Assembly: GCA_033442325.1 (NCBI GenBank)
Contig: JAWQFM010000001.1
Span: 3,080,730-3,088,525 of the forward strand
Origin: Salpingoeca rosetta
Lineage: Eukaryota > Protista > Choanoflagellata
Length of the DNA stretch: 7,796 nucleotides
Direction: 5' to 3'
Below are positions 7,647-7,796 of the stretch, piece by piece. The position numbers and the translations under genes are program-made. Under the pieces are notes generated by a model. The model had not been told where the DNA came from and made no database searches. It was given only the letters and a program-made list of their open reading frames with translations. Position 1 is the stretch's first letter. Every line of letters starts with the position of its first letter.

Positions 7647-7796
7647 GTGCGCGCACCTGCAACTTGGTGTCAGTGCTTTCAGATGCATCGGCAGCTGCTG
7701 TTGTGCTCGGAGTGGGGTGATGGCTTCCTGAAGAGTGTCGGCAACAGCATCTTGGGGCTTGTCGGAGGGCGCCGATTCCTCCTTCGCCTCGCTTCT

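Larger units (their letters stand above)
4370..7796 (-). pseudogene. ATP7: Copper-transporting P1B-type ATPase (ATP7A/B, CCC2-like) pseudogene; 5' end outside the window; approximate relic exons 7796-7657, 7436-7214, 7064-6950, 6734-6437, 6260-6003, 5805-5595, 5466-5366, 5097-4370
   Basis: HMA motif G|MPCTSCVSNIE (from 7436); second HMA-like stretch PGVQMVHVD...TGP/RNII; SAVRSTMHGAANMNV; LFTFVSLGQYIEHLAKGSTS; IDTELVQRGE; GDKVPV...DEAMITG/ES; EATHVGS..SKAPIQQ; DKLARRFV; phosphorylation motif DKTGTLT (DKTGT at 5088-5074); EANSEH; MLTGDK (TGD at 4621-4613); VAIVGNGIN; IESADVVL; FIWAV. Many frameshifts and an in-frame TGA at 6044-6042. Confidence 0.93.

Noticed and set aside
4370-7796. Functional ATPase rescued by programmed frameshifting, RNA editing or stop readthrough
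   Set aside because: Essential blocks (CPC helix, hinge segment after GxGIN, last TM helices) are physically absent and the indels show no consistent signal; ordinary decay explains the data.

Overview
Eukaryotic, intron-rich DNA with (GT)n/(CA)n-filled introns. The style and the kinase type suggest a choanoflagellate such as Salpingoeca rosetta (inference, not searched). I find no intact full-length gene; the window reads as a cluster of three gene relics. (1) Plus strand, 695-1902: a receptor-like TKL (Ser/Thr-type) kinase. A signal-peptide exon ending in a premature stop is followed, across a single intron, by an 8-nt micro-exon (M-H-R) and two clean exons encoding only the kinase C-lobe. 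Ectodomain, TM helix and N-lobe are absent. (2) Minus strand, ~4365-2059: a heavily frameshifted, cryptic WD40-repeat plus TRP-type cation channel (TRPW-like architecture) that is not recognisable from any single ORF. (3) Minus strand, 7796-~4370: a multi-exon, heavily frameshifted Cu-transporting P1B-ATPase (ATP7/CCC2-like) lacking its CPC helix and last two TM helices, which runs straight into the WD40-TRP relic. Most ORFs in the supplied track are antisense shadows or microsatellite translations. All domain calls come from manual motif recognition and need HMM/BLAST confirmation.
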